Shown here one piece after another: positions 1 through 12,100 of a DNA stretch of 64,000 nucleotides (the stretch's first letter is position 1; each line of letters starts with the position of its first letter). Origin of the DNA: Utricularia gibba (lineage: Eukaryota > Plantae > Magnoliophyta); NCBI GenBank assembly GCA_002189035.1, contig NEEC01000009.1, positions 1,240,001 through 1,304,000 of the forward strand. The letters run 5' to 3'. Under the pieces are notes generated by a model. That model worked only from the letters and a program-made list of their open reading frames with translations. It did no database searches and was not told the origin of the DNA. A program made the translations under genes and the position numbers.

Positions 1-32
1 TGACGATTCATTGAAAAGCAAGAACCAAAGAA

Positions 33-353
33 TCAGGCGGAGAAGAGTTTGTAAGAGGCGAAATCCATGTCTGTGGAGTGAATCAAGTAGGTAAGCACGA
101 GCGCGATCAACATCAAGGCGTAAGCGATGCCTTGGTCTATCGATGTACCTTCAAGAGAATTTCGAAAAAAAAAAAAGAAACCTAAAATTTCACCTCCGAT
201 TCATATAGATCTATGGTAATGCGCGTGAATTGATTGATACTCACCATCGCTAGCAGGCGCTGGCGCCGGAGCCGGAGATTCCTGCGCCGCCGAGAGGGTG
301 AAGGCGGCAGCGGCGGCGATTATAAACGGCATCAACGCCTTGGCGACCGCCAT
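33..353 (-). CDS. Arabinogalactan peptide (AGP16/20/22/41-like), 2 exons (245-353, 33-148), 74 aa
   Basis: Manual translation gives MAVAKALMPFIIAAAAAFTLSAAQESPAPAPAPASD|GTSIDQGIAYALMLIALVLTYLIH... It has a signal peptide, an AP-repeat and the conserved SDGTSIDQGIAY..LTYLIH tail, with a GT-AG intron at 149-244. Confidence 0.92.
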
Positions 354-1629
354 GATTTCTCTCCCTCTCGCTGTTCGTGGGTGAACTGAGTGCGACGATG
401 AATCTAGCGGTGCGAGTTCTTATGAGAGCGAGTAGGGGAGTGGGTCATGTTTTTGAAAGATATCCAGCCCATGTGCTGCCCCGCACGACCCAACCTGTAC
501 TGATGGCTCCAGCCGATAATTACGGAAATTACAAGAAAACCCCCGTCAGTTAACGGCTAGTTTCCCTGTTTTTCCCGTGCAAACGGATTGCTTATATTCC
601 CTGAATCTTGTTAAATTTTTATAATCACTATTATGTACAAATAATAATTATAAACAAAAGTAAAAAAAAAAAAGAAATTCATGTATATAATAATAAGAAA
701 TATTTAAAAAGTAACTTTTACAAATATTAAAAAGATTCTACTGTGATTTTGGAGTGTGAATAGTTGGATACATGAATTCAATATAGAATAATGTATATGT
801 ATTTGTCTATATGCAAGCATAGTTTTAATTATTATGTATTAAGTTAAAAATTAAAAATATAATACAATTAAGAATAATATGTACTCAAATTAGAATAAAT
901 CGAATTTACAAAAAATCAAATAAATAATTGATTGGATTTGATTAATTCCAGTATTGCTTTTGGACGAGTTTTGTTTTCATAACTTTTTGAAGTAATTATG
1001 TTTAATTTTTGTAGATTTTAATTTTTACTTATTTTATAGTAACTCTGCCTAATTTTTAGTGATTAAATAAAATATTAATTATCAATATTCAATAAACTAT
1101 GTACTATTAGTTAGAAATTAATTTCATCAAAAAATTTAAACAATTAAGGTTTATTAATATCAATTATTAAAATATTGTAGATTAATTATACTAAAATAGT
1201 AAATAATAAATTAAGTGATATCAATTTTCTAAACCAATGGTGCCATTATTTTGAAAAATTAAAATTAATTATACCAAATTCTTAAATTTATAATATTAAT
1301 ACATTAAATTTATAATATAATTTGATATTACTCAAAAAGATAATTTTATAATTTCAAACTGATGTTAACCACATAAATTCAAATTTTAAAAAATATTTTA
1401 TATGATATAAAACGTAAATTCAACACACATGATATATACCTTATTCTATTTTAAAATAGTGAAGATTGATGCTAGTTTCAGTAGGGTACGTGATGACAAG
1501 CAATGTGCAGTTTTCTATTTTTGATGTCAATTGTGGATGACTTGGGCGGTACAGTCTCGAGAAGGACGGAGATTATATGATACCCGTGAAGACGACGCCA
1601 ATTCCACGCTCCACCACAGTGCCTCAATC

Positions 1630-3260
1630 ATGAGGGCGACGAGGAGCGTATTCCGGCAGGAACTTCGGTCGGCGGCCGTCGTGGCGGCGCTGGTGGCATC
1701 ATTATTTCTAGTGGTGCCGGGGTGTGATGCTAAGTGCAAGATAGAGGCTATCTTCAACTTCGGAGACTCCAATTCCGACACCGGTGGGTTCTGGGCTGCT
1801 TTTCCGAGGGACCCTCCTCCTTATGGGATGACATACTTCCACAAGCCATCCGGGCGGGCGTCGGACGGCCGGCTGATAATCGATTTCTTAGGTACAGAGC
1901 GGTGTTCATTTGTATTTGTTGAAATGGCATTGGAACAGTGTCGGATAGTAACTTAAAAGTACAATCTTTGCTCTGCGCGCCACCGTCGGCGCGGTGGCAT
2001 TCCCGTGCTTGACAACTTCTCGTGTTTATATTCTAAAGCTAAGTGATTTGGATGCAGCGGAAGGTGTGGGACTGCCGTTCTTGAGCGCGTATCTCCAGTC
2101 AATCGGGTCGAACTTCACACACGGAGCCAACTTCGCGACCTTGGCTTCGACAGTGCGCGTCCCTACGACTTCTCTTTTCGTCACTGGACTCAGTCCTTTC
2201 TTCCTCGGCATTCAGCTGAATCAGTTCAAAAACTTGAGGCTCAGAGTCGACGAAAATGCAGCTCCAGGTTTATCTATCTTTTCGTTTTTCACTCCCCAGG
2301 TGGTGCACTTAACTCAGATCTTCATCATTCTATTTTTACTTGTCGCAGGGCTTCTTCCTTCGGCGGGTGCATTTGGGAAGTCCCTCTACGTCTTCTACAT
2401 CGGCCAAAACGACTTCACCGGACCCCTGCCGTTCATCGGAATCGCCGGTGTTCAGCAGTTTCTCCCCGAAGTTTTTTCCCAGATTGCAGGCACCATAAAG
2501 GTACAGTTACTATCCACTCTTACGAAAACAAATTCAAACCCGCAACGAAAACATGAAAATGATCGGATATACCCATGATCCGAATCCCTGACTCTGCTCT
2601 TGTTGATGTTTCTCTGGTTAGGAAATATATGCAGTTGGGGGGAGGACGTTTCTGGTATTGAATCTTGCACCAATCGGATGCTACCCAGCCTTTCTTGTAC
2701 AGCTCCCCCACAATGATTCCGACATCGACCCCTTTGGATGCCTGATCTCTTACAACAACGCTGTCAATGACTACAACTCTTTGCTCAAGCAGACATTGAC
2801 AGAGACCAGAAAACAGCTCTCTGATGCTAATGTCATCTATGTGGACATCCATTCTGTCATGCTAGACCTCTTCCAACACCCCACATCACACGGTGAGCTT
2901 TCAATGCGCTTCCCTATTCGCAACAAGAAGGATAAAAAGACACAGCATAATGAGAACAATGGTTCCGAGCTCCATTGAGATGCTTGCTTGATTCCTGAGG
3001 CAGGACTGAAGTATGGGACGAAAGCATGCTGCGGGTATGGCGGGGGTGCATATAACTTCAACCGGAATGTCACCTGCGGCAACACAAAGACGATCAACGG
3101 GGTGAATGTGACCGCCACCGCCTGCGATGACCCGTATGGTTATGTGAGCTGGGATGGTGTCCATGCTACAGAGGCAGCGAACAAGGCGGTGGCTGAAGCG
3201 ATTCTGAGTGAGTCTCTGTTTGATCCACCCTTTTCGCTTCATGATGCATGCAATGGCTAG
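1630..3260 (+). CDS. GDSL esterase/lipase, 5 exons, secreted
   Basis: Block I FNFGDSNSDTGG, GRASDGRLIIDFL, GANFA, YIGQND and the C-terminal SWDGVH motif are present. GT-AG introns join the exons in frame. Confidence 0.95.
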
Positions 3261-3424
3261 CCAGGTAGCTAATGTGATGTCCCTTCAGCTCTGGTCAGGT
3301 TGAAACTTAACCTGGTTGTACTCTTTTCAAATACCAAATCCATGGAAATAAGCATCCATGATGTAATAATGAGTTGCATCAGACAAAATCATGGAACAAT
3401 TAATGGAAAAGAAGAAAAGGAAGG

Positions 3425-4630
3425 TCATGGAGCTATCTCCAGCCTTGGTTCGAAGCAAAAGCCAGTGAATAGTTGAAGGGGGAACCTCTTTGTCACGGGG
3501 CATTTCTGAGACCACTTCCATTGCCTCTGGTTCATGTCGAATACCAGAAGTGCAGGGCCTCCATAGCTCTGTATGTAGATGAGGCCGTCCGTGCCACTGC
3601 TTGCGAAAACTTCATCTAATTCTCCGAATCCTTGGAAGAACTTATGAGGCATTCGGGCAATCTCCTGCCACTCCCTTCCGTTCAGCAACCAGATGCCGAT
3701 TCCCTTGATGATACCGGGACGATCACGCTTCCCTATTCCTCCCACCATCACCAGCTTCTCCCTTAGATTCATCAGGCGTCCACATGTTAATGAACATGGA
3801 ACAGGGATGAAGTTCTCCATTAGCACACCTTCCCCTGTTCTGCTTCTTAAGTTGTAGGTGACCAGACCGTGGCTGTTAACAGGCCCGCCGCCTCCGGTGG
3901 AGAAGATCAGGAAGTACAATGTCCCATCACAGATGACGCTCTCATCTCCACCTCTCCATCCTGATAGCACCTCCGTCAAGGTAGTCATCCATGTCGTTGT
4001 TTCAGAATCATACACATGGATGGAGAGCTCCCACTGAAAGAAATCATCAGGGATCTGCTTGGATTTGACAATGGACACATTGTAACTCGCTGTAGCCCGG
4101 TTTACAGAGAAAGCTAATGCACTGTAATCCGAGAACTTTGGCCCATTCGGCTCTTTGAGACCCCTGCAGGATCTTGTGATTGGATTGCAGATGTACAACT
4201 CGCTCCTGCTATCATTGTCCATGAAACAAACAAGCCCTCCTGATGAAGCAACAAACCAATTCGATGTCTCTATTCGTGGAAGATCAATGTCGTACCACTT
4301 TCTAACAATTGGGTCATACGCAGAGCCGACTGGTTTATCAGAGCTCGTGAACATGAAGTACCAAGGCTTATGAGACCAGACATGATTTCGGTTCCAAAGA
4401 AACCGTCTTGAAGCTACTATTTCTTTCCATCTCTTGCAAACACAGCCTACCCTGAAGATGCTGGCGATCGGGAGATAGGATAATATGCATTCCAGTAGAT
4501 CATCTGGCAAGATCAGGTCCACTGAAACTGCTAAACCTTCGTTATCTATCTCTGAGATTGAGTTCAACTCCAGGGCTTCAATTGGGAAGTTATCTGTGCA
4601 GTGGCTGATCCAAGAGTTGTTCCCTTCCAT
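3425..4630 (-). CDS. HWS: F-box/kelch-repeat protein HAWAIIAN SKIRT orthologue, single coding exon
   Basis: F-box LPDDLLECILSYLP, KPWYFMFT, and the C-terminus KCPVTKRFPLQLFTGFCFEPRLEIAP characteristic of At3g61590/HWS as recalled. The first ATG is at 4630; the ORF track starts at a TTG. Confidence 0.93.
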   Translation of the reverse strand: MEGNNSWISHCTDNFPIEALELNSISEIDNEGLAVSVDLILPDDLLECILSYLPIASIFRVGCVCKRWKEIVASRRFLWNRNHVWSHKPWYFMFTSSDKPVGSAYDPIVRKWYDIDLPRIETSNWFVASSGGLVCFMDNDSRSELYICNPITRSCRGLKEPNGPKFSDYSALAFSVNRATASYNVSIVKSKQIPDDFFQWELSIHVYDSETTTWMTTLTEVLSGWRGGDESVICDGTLYFLIFSTGGGGPVNSHGLVTYNLRSRTGEGVLMENFIPVPCSLTCGRLMNLREKLVMVGGIGKRDRPGIIKGIGIWLLNGREWQEIARMPHKFFQGFGELDEVFASSGTDGLIYIQSYGGPALLVFDMNQRQWKWSQKCPVTKRFPLQLFTGFCFEPRLEIAP

Positions 4631-6581
4631 TGCAAATGATATGCGCAACCTAGTGAAACAGATCTAGGATAAGACATGCATAGCAAGAGCTTGAGAAGGG
4701 AAAGAAACAAGATCTGTATCAAAGTAATCTTGTAAAACCCCAAAAAAGGCAGGGTCAATCTGATTAAATGGGAATCATTAATAAAGAAACCAAATCTCTG
4801 GTTGAATGATTCGCATTGAAAAGATTTACGGCTACATGCATTCAGCAGTGGAAGCTACTCCTCCACCATAAATGAAGGGATTGAGCAAGCGTGCCAACAA
4901 AAACATACATACGAACAAGCAACTAGAAGCAGAAAACACATTTCTTACAAGTTACAGTAGCAGACATATAAAAAGAGAGCAAACCACATGAAACAAAATC
5001 ATAAAGACACTAATAATTCAAACTCGAAACACATATATCAAGAAATGGAACATGGCCGACAGCAGGGCAGGAAGGCTGCCGAAGCAGTACAAAGACAAAC
5101 AGATCTTATGCAACGAGCTGAAAAACAATTTTTTTAAAGGAAAAAAGAAAACCCCACAAAGGGTGAAGGAATCGCATAACAAAAGGAACAGCTAACCCAA
5201 GAAGAACACAATGAGGGCATTGTAAAAAGGTAAAGTTTCGCAAGATTCATGAAATGAACGGCTAAAACGAATCGAGGTCCGACACAAAAACACCAGACAG
5301 TGTATCTTTTTGACAAGCCAAGAAGAAAACAAGAAACATTCCGTGTACGAATGATCGCAAAGGGCCCAAATCATTAATTGAACAAAGCGGGGTAGAATTA
5401 GAAGCATACAAGATGGGTTTTTTTTCCGTCAATCATCCAATACGAATGCTCCCAAACACACACCTATTTATTCTGTCTCCCCCGATCCATCTAGACGACC
5501 GGCGAGGATCAGGGTCGTTCTCAGGTTTCTCCCCTTTAAAGTTACAATGAGGCCACTAGCGAATCACAAGTTGGGACACAAAAATAGAGCAAAGATTGAA
5601 TCTTTAAAGGCTCTTCAGTTAGATCATTCGATTCTCCTCGCCGGACGAAACCCAAAACTTTCCTACGCTTAGACAGGAAAAAAAAGACGGGCCATTACGC
5701 CGCTGTCGACCTCATTCCTTCCCCTCAAGTCTCAACCAAATCTTTGCCTTATGTGCATTAAAAAATGACTAAGTAGTGACGTGTATGCAAAATGCAGTGG
5801 AGAATTAAATGCCTTCGCCCTTCTTTTGTCAACACGGCCTTCTGAGCTTCTCATGAGTTGAAATGCAGGTACCAATTCATGCACATCATAATTCAATGTG
5901 ACGCTGACTTTTTTATTAAATGTCATTAAATATGCTTTTTAAAAAAACGAAACATTTTTTTAAAATTATACTAAAAATAATAACCATTTAAAAATGCGTT
6001 TATAATGATTTTCTATAATGTAAAATTATTTAAACGGGTTCAAGTGATGAGGTGGAAAATGTTTTTTTAATGTAATTATCGAAATTAGGGAAATTAATTT
6101 TTTTTTTGTAAGAAAGAATGTGGAGGAAGGGGAAATGAAGACAGCCGGAAATTTGGACCAGTTCTCGGATCACGCGATCACCAATCATGCCGCCCACTCA
6201 ATGTCCAACGTCTCTTCTGTCATGAAATGGTCCTCTCTGTTAATGCGTTGTTCGGAAAGTCAATGCAAGTAAAGCCCATCATCTACAATAACTGGGGTGA
6301 TGCGCTGAAACCAGCAGACGCCATTCATTTTCCTTGGCTGAAGCTGCATTGCAGCCTCTAGGTGCTGCGGATTCACTGTTTGACACTCGGGGGGTGTGAA
6401 AGTTTGGATCTTGTTTTGGAGTGAATTTCATGGTCAAACTTCTTTGTTTCTTGAGCTAACTGAAAGGCAGAGGATCAGAAAAAAGAGCATCCAATCTTCT
6501 GTAGAATTATTAGTTCAATAGTACAATATTGCTGTATTCCCATAGGATACATAGAAACTTCTTCAAGGCTCTGCAGAATGA

Positions 6582-7928
6582 TCATCCATGTGTGTTGACA
6601 GCTTCCCACAGCAGATTCTTGGGAGGTTTGGTGAATTCCCGAGCTTCCAGAGCAGCATTCCTCAGTGTCTTTAGCGTTTGAACATTTGCCTCGAAGAAGG
6701 GGAGGCTGCTGTAAGGGAGATTGTGCTTCTTACACAGTTGATGCACCAAGGGAGAGATTTTTCTCAGGTGGCACCTCGGCAACCTGGGAAACAAGTGGTG
6801 CTCCAACTGAAACTGTAGCCCTCCGAAGAACCAATCCATTAGCGGTGAGCAGGAGATGTTGATGGTTCCTTTGGTTTGCTTCTCGAACCAATCGTTGCCT
6901 TTGGGGGCACCGATGTATACATTTGCAGAGAAGTGGTTTAAGGTGAATTGGACGTGCTGAATGGAGGTGACAGAGAGGCTCATCATCACAAATAGGAACC
7001 TTTCAGACCAGCTAGGCAGGCAAGAAACCAGTAGAGGGAACCATGTCCAGAAAACAAGGATTCCCATGATGTTCAGTCCCCTGTCTGGAACTTTTTTCCT
7101 GGAGAACAAAAGCAAGACTGTTTGAAGATAGAGATTGACTCTAGCCACACACATGACGGGATAATATGTGATATGCTGGTAGCTGACGAAGAACCTTGCC
7201 ATGGTATCAAATATCAGCTTTCTCCCATAGAAACAAGAGGTTATGGATTCGAAGAGTTTGGAAGAAACAGCAAGCATTGGCAGATGCTGTAGATCAGGGT
7301 CATAATCAAGGCTATTGCAAGCCACATGGTGTGCATTATGGGTCCATTTCCACCAGGCAATGCTGATTCCAGTGAGACAATTGCCAGTGAGAATCTGAGC
7401 GACTTTGTTGTACGCTCTACTAGTCATGATTTGGTAATGACCCGAATCATGACCCAAATAAGCCACTTGCATCCATGAAAAACCCAACAGCCCTGCAGAA
7501 ACCATGTGAATCAAGAAGCTTTCGGAGCATAAAACTCCATAGATGCAAGCGAAGAGCATGAGAGACACAAGACAGAGAGAGTAGATGACTCCATGCCCCT
7601 TCTTTTCAAACAGGCCTGATTTCGCAAACTCAGATGCAAGTTTTCGATAATCCTTCGAAACCTCCGAGACATGGTAATCCTCCAGATGATACCCCGTGAA
7701 AAACCTGTCAAGATACTTCCACGCTGATCCTGGATGAAAAGCAATGAACGCATCTGTTACATCCTGGCCCGATAAATTCAATAGAGGAATTTCACCACCA
7801 GGGTGATGGTTTTTCCAATCTGTAACATCATAAACTCTCCCCTGGATCGACAACCACAGATCTCCAGGCTTACAATGCTTCTTCAGTTCATCACACGTGA
7901 TGTATTTCTTCTCTTCTTCAACACCCAT
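6582..7928 (-). CDS. SLD: Delta-8 sphingolipid desaturase (cytochrome b5 fusion), intronless
   Basis: HPGG cytochrome b5 motif, histidine boxes HDSGH, HNAHH and QLEHH, and the C-terminus LLWEAVNTHG. ATG at 7928. Confidence 0.96.
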   Translation of the reverse strand: MGVEEEKKYITCDELKKHCKPGDLWLSIQGRVYDVTDWKNHHPGGEIPLLNLSGQDVTDAFIAFHPGSAWKYLDRFFTGYHLEDYHVSEVSKDYRKLASEFAKSGLFEKKGHGVIYSLCLVSLMLFACIYGVLCSESFLIHMVSAGLLGFSWMQVAYLGHDSGHYQIMTSRAYNKVAQILTGNCLTGISIAWWKWTHNAHHVACNSLDYDPDLQHLPMLAVSSKLFESITSCFYGRKLIFDTMARFFVSYQHITYYPVMCVARVNLYLQTVLLLFSRKKVPDRGLNIMGILVFWTWFPLLVSCLPSWSERFLFVMMSLSVTSIQHVQFTLNHFSANVYIGAPKGNDWFEKQTKGTINISCSPLMDWFFGGLQFQLEHHLFPRLPRCHLRKISPLVHQLCKKHNLPYSSLPFFEANVQTLKTLRNAALEAREFTKPPKNLLWEAVNTHG

Positions 7929-8914
7929 TTGTTTTCTTTTGCTGGGTTTTGAAAGAATCCAAATCAACCAACAAAAGATCCCCCTTTTAGAGTGAACCAA
8001 AAGGGGGCCTTTGCATCAAAAAGCCTCGTTTTCAGGAGAGAATGTCTTACTCAGAAACGCAAAAAGGTGAAGCCTGCGGTATCTGATTCGATATCAAGAG
8101 ATTTTCGTCGTTGTTTGTGAAGCGATACTCCCGGAAGCGGTTAGTATGACGAAACCATGAACCCTACGTATGGGGGTGGACGAGAATGAGATTCAAGATC
8201 CGTACGCCAAATCCTTCTTTTTATTATTAGCACATTAAATTTTAATCTTATTGTCCAGATCATTATTTTGAATTTGACTATTCTCCGGACTCCAGCGCAT
8301 TCAACAAAGAACACCGAATATTTCTTGTAAATAAATTATTTATAAACTACAGTATGGCTACTAAAATTCCATGTGCTTGACTATTTTTATTATTTTTATG
8401 AAGTTCGAGAATCTTTTAAGATGCTTTTCGTTGGGTTATGGGTTTAAAAACAAATGAATCGACAATGCGTAGAATATAATCAATTTTGAAATTATATAAA
8501 TAGAATTAGTTTTCAAATTATAAAATTATTCAGGGGATAATATAAGAATATAATATAGAATTTGATAAAATAAATTATGTATTAAAAAATTCAAATAAAT
8601 TAAGTTATTATAGAATTTAATGTGATAATATAAATATATTTTTAGAATATATAAATATTCAATAGTATACTTTTTCTAATTAATATATTATTTAATTTTT
8701 AAAATGTAGATTTAAGAAATTTAATAATTTTTAAAATTAATAATAAATTTTCAATTTTTAATTTTATTATAAATAATTAAATTTTAAACAGAATAAATTC
8801 AATAAATTATGTAAACAAAACAGACTTTTATTCTTGTCATAGTATTTACCCAAGAATAATTAAAAGGAGGATTTAAAGTTAATTTTTCCTTCCTGAAGTT
8901 TGATATAAGGTCTT

Positions 8915-9025
8915 CATGGGCTTACATAAGGCCCAGAAGTTTTGATCGGCTGATTCATGGGCCTCCAATCAATTACAATGAAAGTACGATGAGCTACAAA
9001 TGGGCCCGGCTTTTTTTGGGCTGCT
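8915..9025 (+). promoter_or_regulatory. Cluster of site II (TGGGCY/GGCCCA) elements upstream of UPF2
   Basis: tgggct, ggccca, tgggcc, tgggcc and tgggct occur within about 110 bp, 160-270 bp upstream of the UPF2 ATG. Confidence 0.6.
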
Positions 9026-9182
9026 TTATAATGATGTTTTTCAATTTGTTAATTATCGCTGTTGTATAAAACTGGATACTTTCTGTATTTAGTTTTCAAC
9101 TGACAGATTTTGCAATTAAAATTCTGGTACCGCCCCCAAAATTTCCTCGCTTCGATCGCCGCTTCTCTAGTTGGCGCAAACA

Positions 9183-12100
9183 ATGGAACAAGGGGAGGAT
9201 GCTGGCGGCGAGAATCAGGAGAAGCATGATGGCGAGGTTAAATTCTCACCTTCCTGAATATCATGGCTGGATGCTTTTTGCTTGGTATTTTTCATAGTTT
9301 AGTCCGTGAAAGGTGTTCGGTTGTCAGTTGCTGTTGCGTTTGTTTATTTATTGATTCAGATTTTCTCTCAAGAAAGGATTGACTCACGCTCTGTCTCTAG
9401 ATCTGTGGAGTCGTGTTCTTGAAGGCAGACTTTGATATATGTATAATGTTTGCATTTACTGATTTGACTCAGGAAGCTGTTGCTCGGCAGGAGGAATTTA
9501 AGAAATCGGTTGAAGCAAAGATGGCTCTCCGTTTGAGTAATTTGAACCCTGATAGACCTGGTTCGTACCTTTACCTTCAATAGTCTGCTCTTTGATGTTG
9601 TTAATTCTTTTTCTGTAGCTGTGTGTGCGTATAGAGAATGCTTAATGCGGCAGCCTTAGATAGTTGGTGTAATGCACATTTTACCTCAACTTTAATGTCG
9701 GGACTCCGTGTTAAATCCTTCGCTACTGATATTTTCTGTTATGATGTTCGTCTTTACAACTTGGGTCATCGCAGACTCCAGCTTTCTGCGAACTCTAGAC
9801 TCAAGTATCAAGCGCAATACTGCTGTCATTAAAAAATTGAAGCAGATCAATGAAGAACAGCGTGAAAGTTTGATGGATGAATTGCGGAATGTAAATTTGA
9901 CGAAGTTTGTAAGTGAAGCAGTGTCTGCCATCTGTGATGCAAAGCTTAAGGCTGCTGACATACAACCTGCTGTGCAAGTATGCAACATATGCTCTCTCCG
10001 GATTCTTTGTTATTGTCCACACCTGTTTTGCCTAGAAATGACATACGTTGAACATTTACATGTTCAACATAGAATACTGCTCACTCATGGTGTTAGTTTT
10101 CTGCAAGACTTCAATCATCCATAATCCCTAACGTCCCTGGAAGTTTTTTTTTTTTTTTTTTTTTTTTTGCCTTAAATTTTTCCATATTAGTTTGCAGCAA
10201 GAGTATTTAACATAGACGTGGAGGCCCTACAGAAATCCCAGTTTCCGTGCTTTTGATTTCTTGTCTGTTCTCATTGCGTCCTGTTTGTTTACTTATTACA
10301 AAGGTTGCAACCTTCTTTTGCTTACTGGTTTTCTTTGGATTCAGATTTGTTCCTTGCTTCATCAGAGGTATAGAGATTTCTCGCCCAGTCTTATTCAAGG
10401 CCTCCAAAAAGTTTTTCAACCCGGGAAATCCACAGATGACACAGATGCAGACAAAAATTCAAGGGCCATGAAGAAGCGGAGTACTTTAAAGCTTCTTTTG
10501 GAGCTTTACTATGTTGGTGTTGTGGAAGATTGCAGCATATTTGTAAATATAATCAAGGATCTAACTAGTACTGAGCATTTGAAGGACCGGGATCTGACTC
10601 AGACAAACTTATCACTTCTTTCTTGTTTTGCACGACATGGAAGGTTTCTTCTTGGGCTTCCCCTAAGCGGCCAAGATATTCTGGAAGAGGTAGTTCATTA
10701 CTGTTTGTCTTTGTCTTCAGAATGCAGTTGGAGATGTTTTATTTTTTTTTTATTCTGTTTTGGTATGAATACGAGTTCCATAGTTTTATTGTTGGACTTC
10801 CACTGAGACCTTATTTTCTCATACTTCAATAATGTCAAGTTCATGATATGTTTGCTTTGTTTTGTATGAAGAGCTATTTGATGTAGCTTTTTTCGTTTAT
10901 GTGCTTGTATTTTAAACTGTGACTGATGATGCTGGATATGGACTAGCTGATGTTAAATCTTTTCTGAAATTTTCTATAACGTTTTGGTGATTTTGAATTT
11001 TATATTGCAGTTTTTTAGAGACCTTAATGTTACAGCTGATCAGAAGAAATCCCTTAGGAAAGCATGTCAAACATATTATGATGCAGCTGTGGAACTTCTT
11101 CAGGCCGAACATGCTGTAAGCAGTATAGTTTTTACGTAGCCTTAAATTTAACGTCACTTCCTTTTAATATTGTTCTTCCAATGCCATGGTCTCAGTCACT
11201 TCGTCAAATGGAGTATGAAAACTCAAAGATCCTGAATGCTAAAGGCGAATTGAGTGAAGAGAATTCCTCTTCGTATGAAAGGCTTCGGAAATCATTTGAT
11301 CTTCTCAGCCGTGGCATTTCATCGTGGGTGGATCTTCCCCCTTTTTTTTTTGGTTCTGTCTTCTTTGTGATAATTATTTACGTGGACTTGAACCATCTTC
11401 AAGAAATATTTTGGTTTTCCTCTTTTTCTCGTATGGTATTGATACATTGGTGTCCTGATACCTTTTTCCTTCTTAGCTTTGCTGAAGCAATTGATATGGA
11501 TACCCCAGTTATGCCAGAGGATGGTCATACTACAAGGCTCACTTCAGGAGAGGATACCCTATCTTTCGTTCCTGGAAAAGATACTTCTATTCCTGAAGCT
11601 CTGTGGGATGATGAAGATACCAGATCTTTCTATGAATGCCTTCCTGACCTAAGGTATCTCTTTTTTTTTTTATCAATATAGTCTTTTTTTTTTATTTAGG
11701 CAAGAGAAAATGTTTTTGAATAGGAATATTAATCCATTCCTGTTAGAGCATTTGTGCCAGCAGTTTTGCTTGGGGAGACAGAGCCCAAGCTTACCGAGCT
11801 GTCTTCTAAGACGCTGGAATTGCAAAATGTAATAAAAGTTCCTTCATATTTTTCTGGAAGTATTTTATTTGATTTCATTCAGGCTTCAGCTTACTTCATT
11901 TCTGACTTTAGTAATACTCTTTTTGGTTATCGAAAGATATCATCTGGCTTTAGATTCTCCATTGACATGAAATTTTTCATGGAAGGATGCTGCTTCTGAA
12001 TCTGAAAAAGGCCAGGCAGTGACTCATGAAAATCTGGATATTTCTGTTGATTCTGGGAATGCATCAGAGGCACGGGATGGCAAGGAGAAAGATGATGAAG

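Noticed and set aside
600-1480. AT-rich block as a transposon (MITE/Helitron)
   Set aside because: No terminal inverted repeats, target-site duplication or Helitron 3' hairpin-CTRR end could be identified by eye.
6317-6340. Minus strand begins CAGCCAAGGA, like mature miR169: possible MIR169 gene
   Set aside because: Only the first 10 nt match and no complementary star arm is found nearby, so no precursor hairpin.
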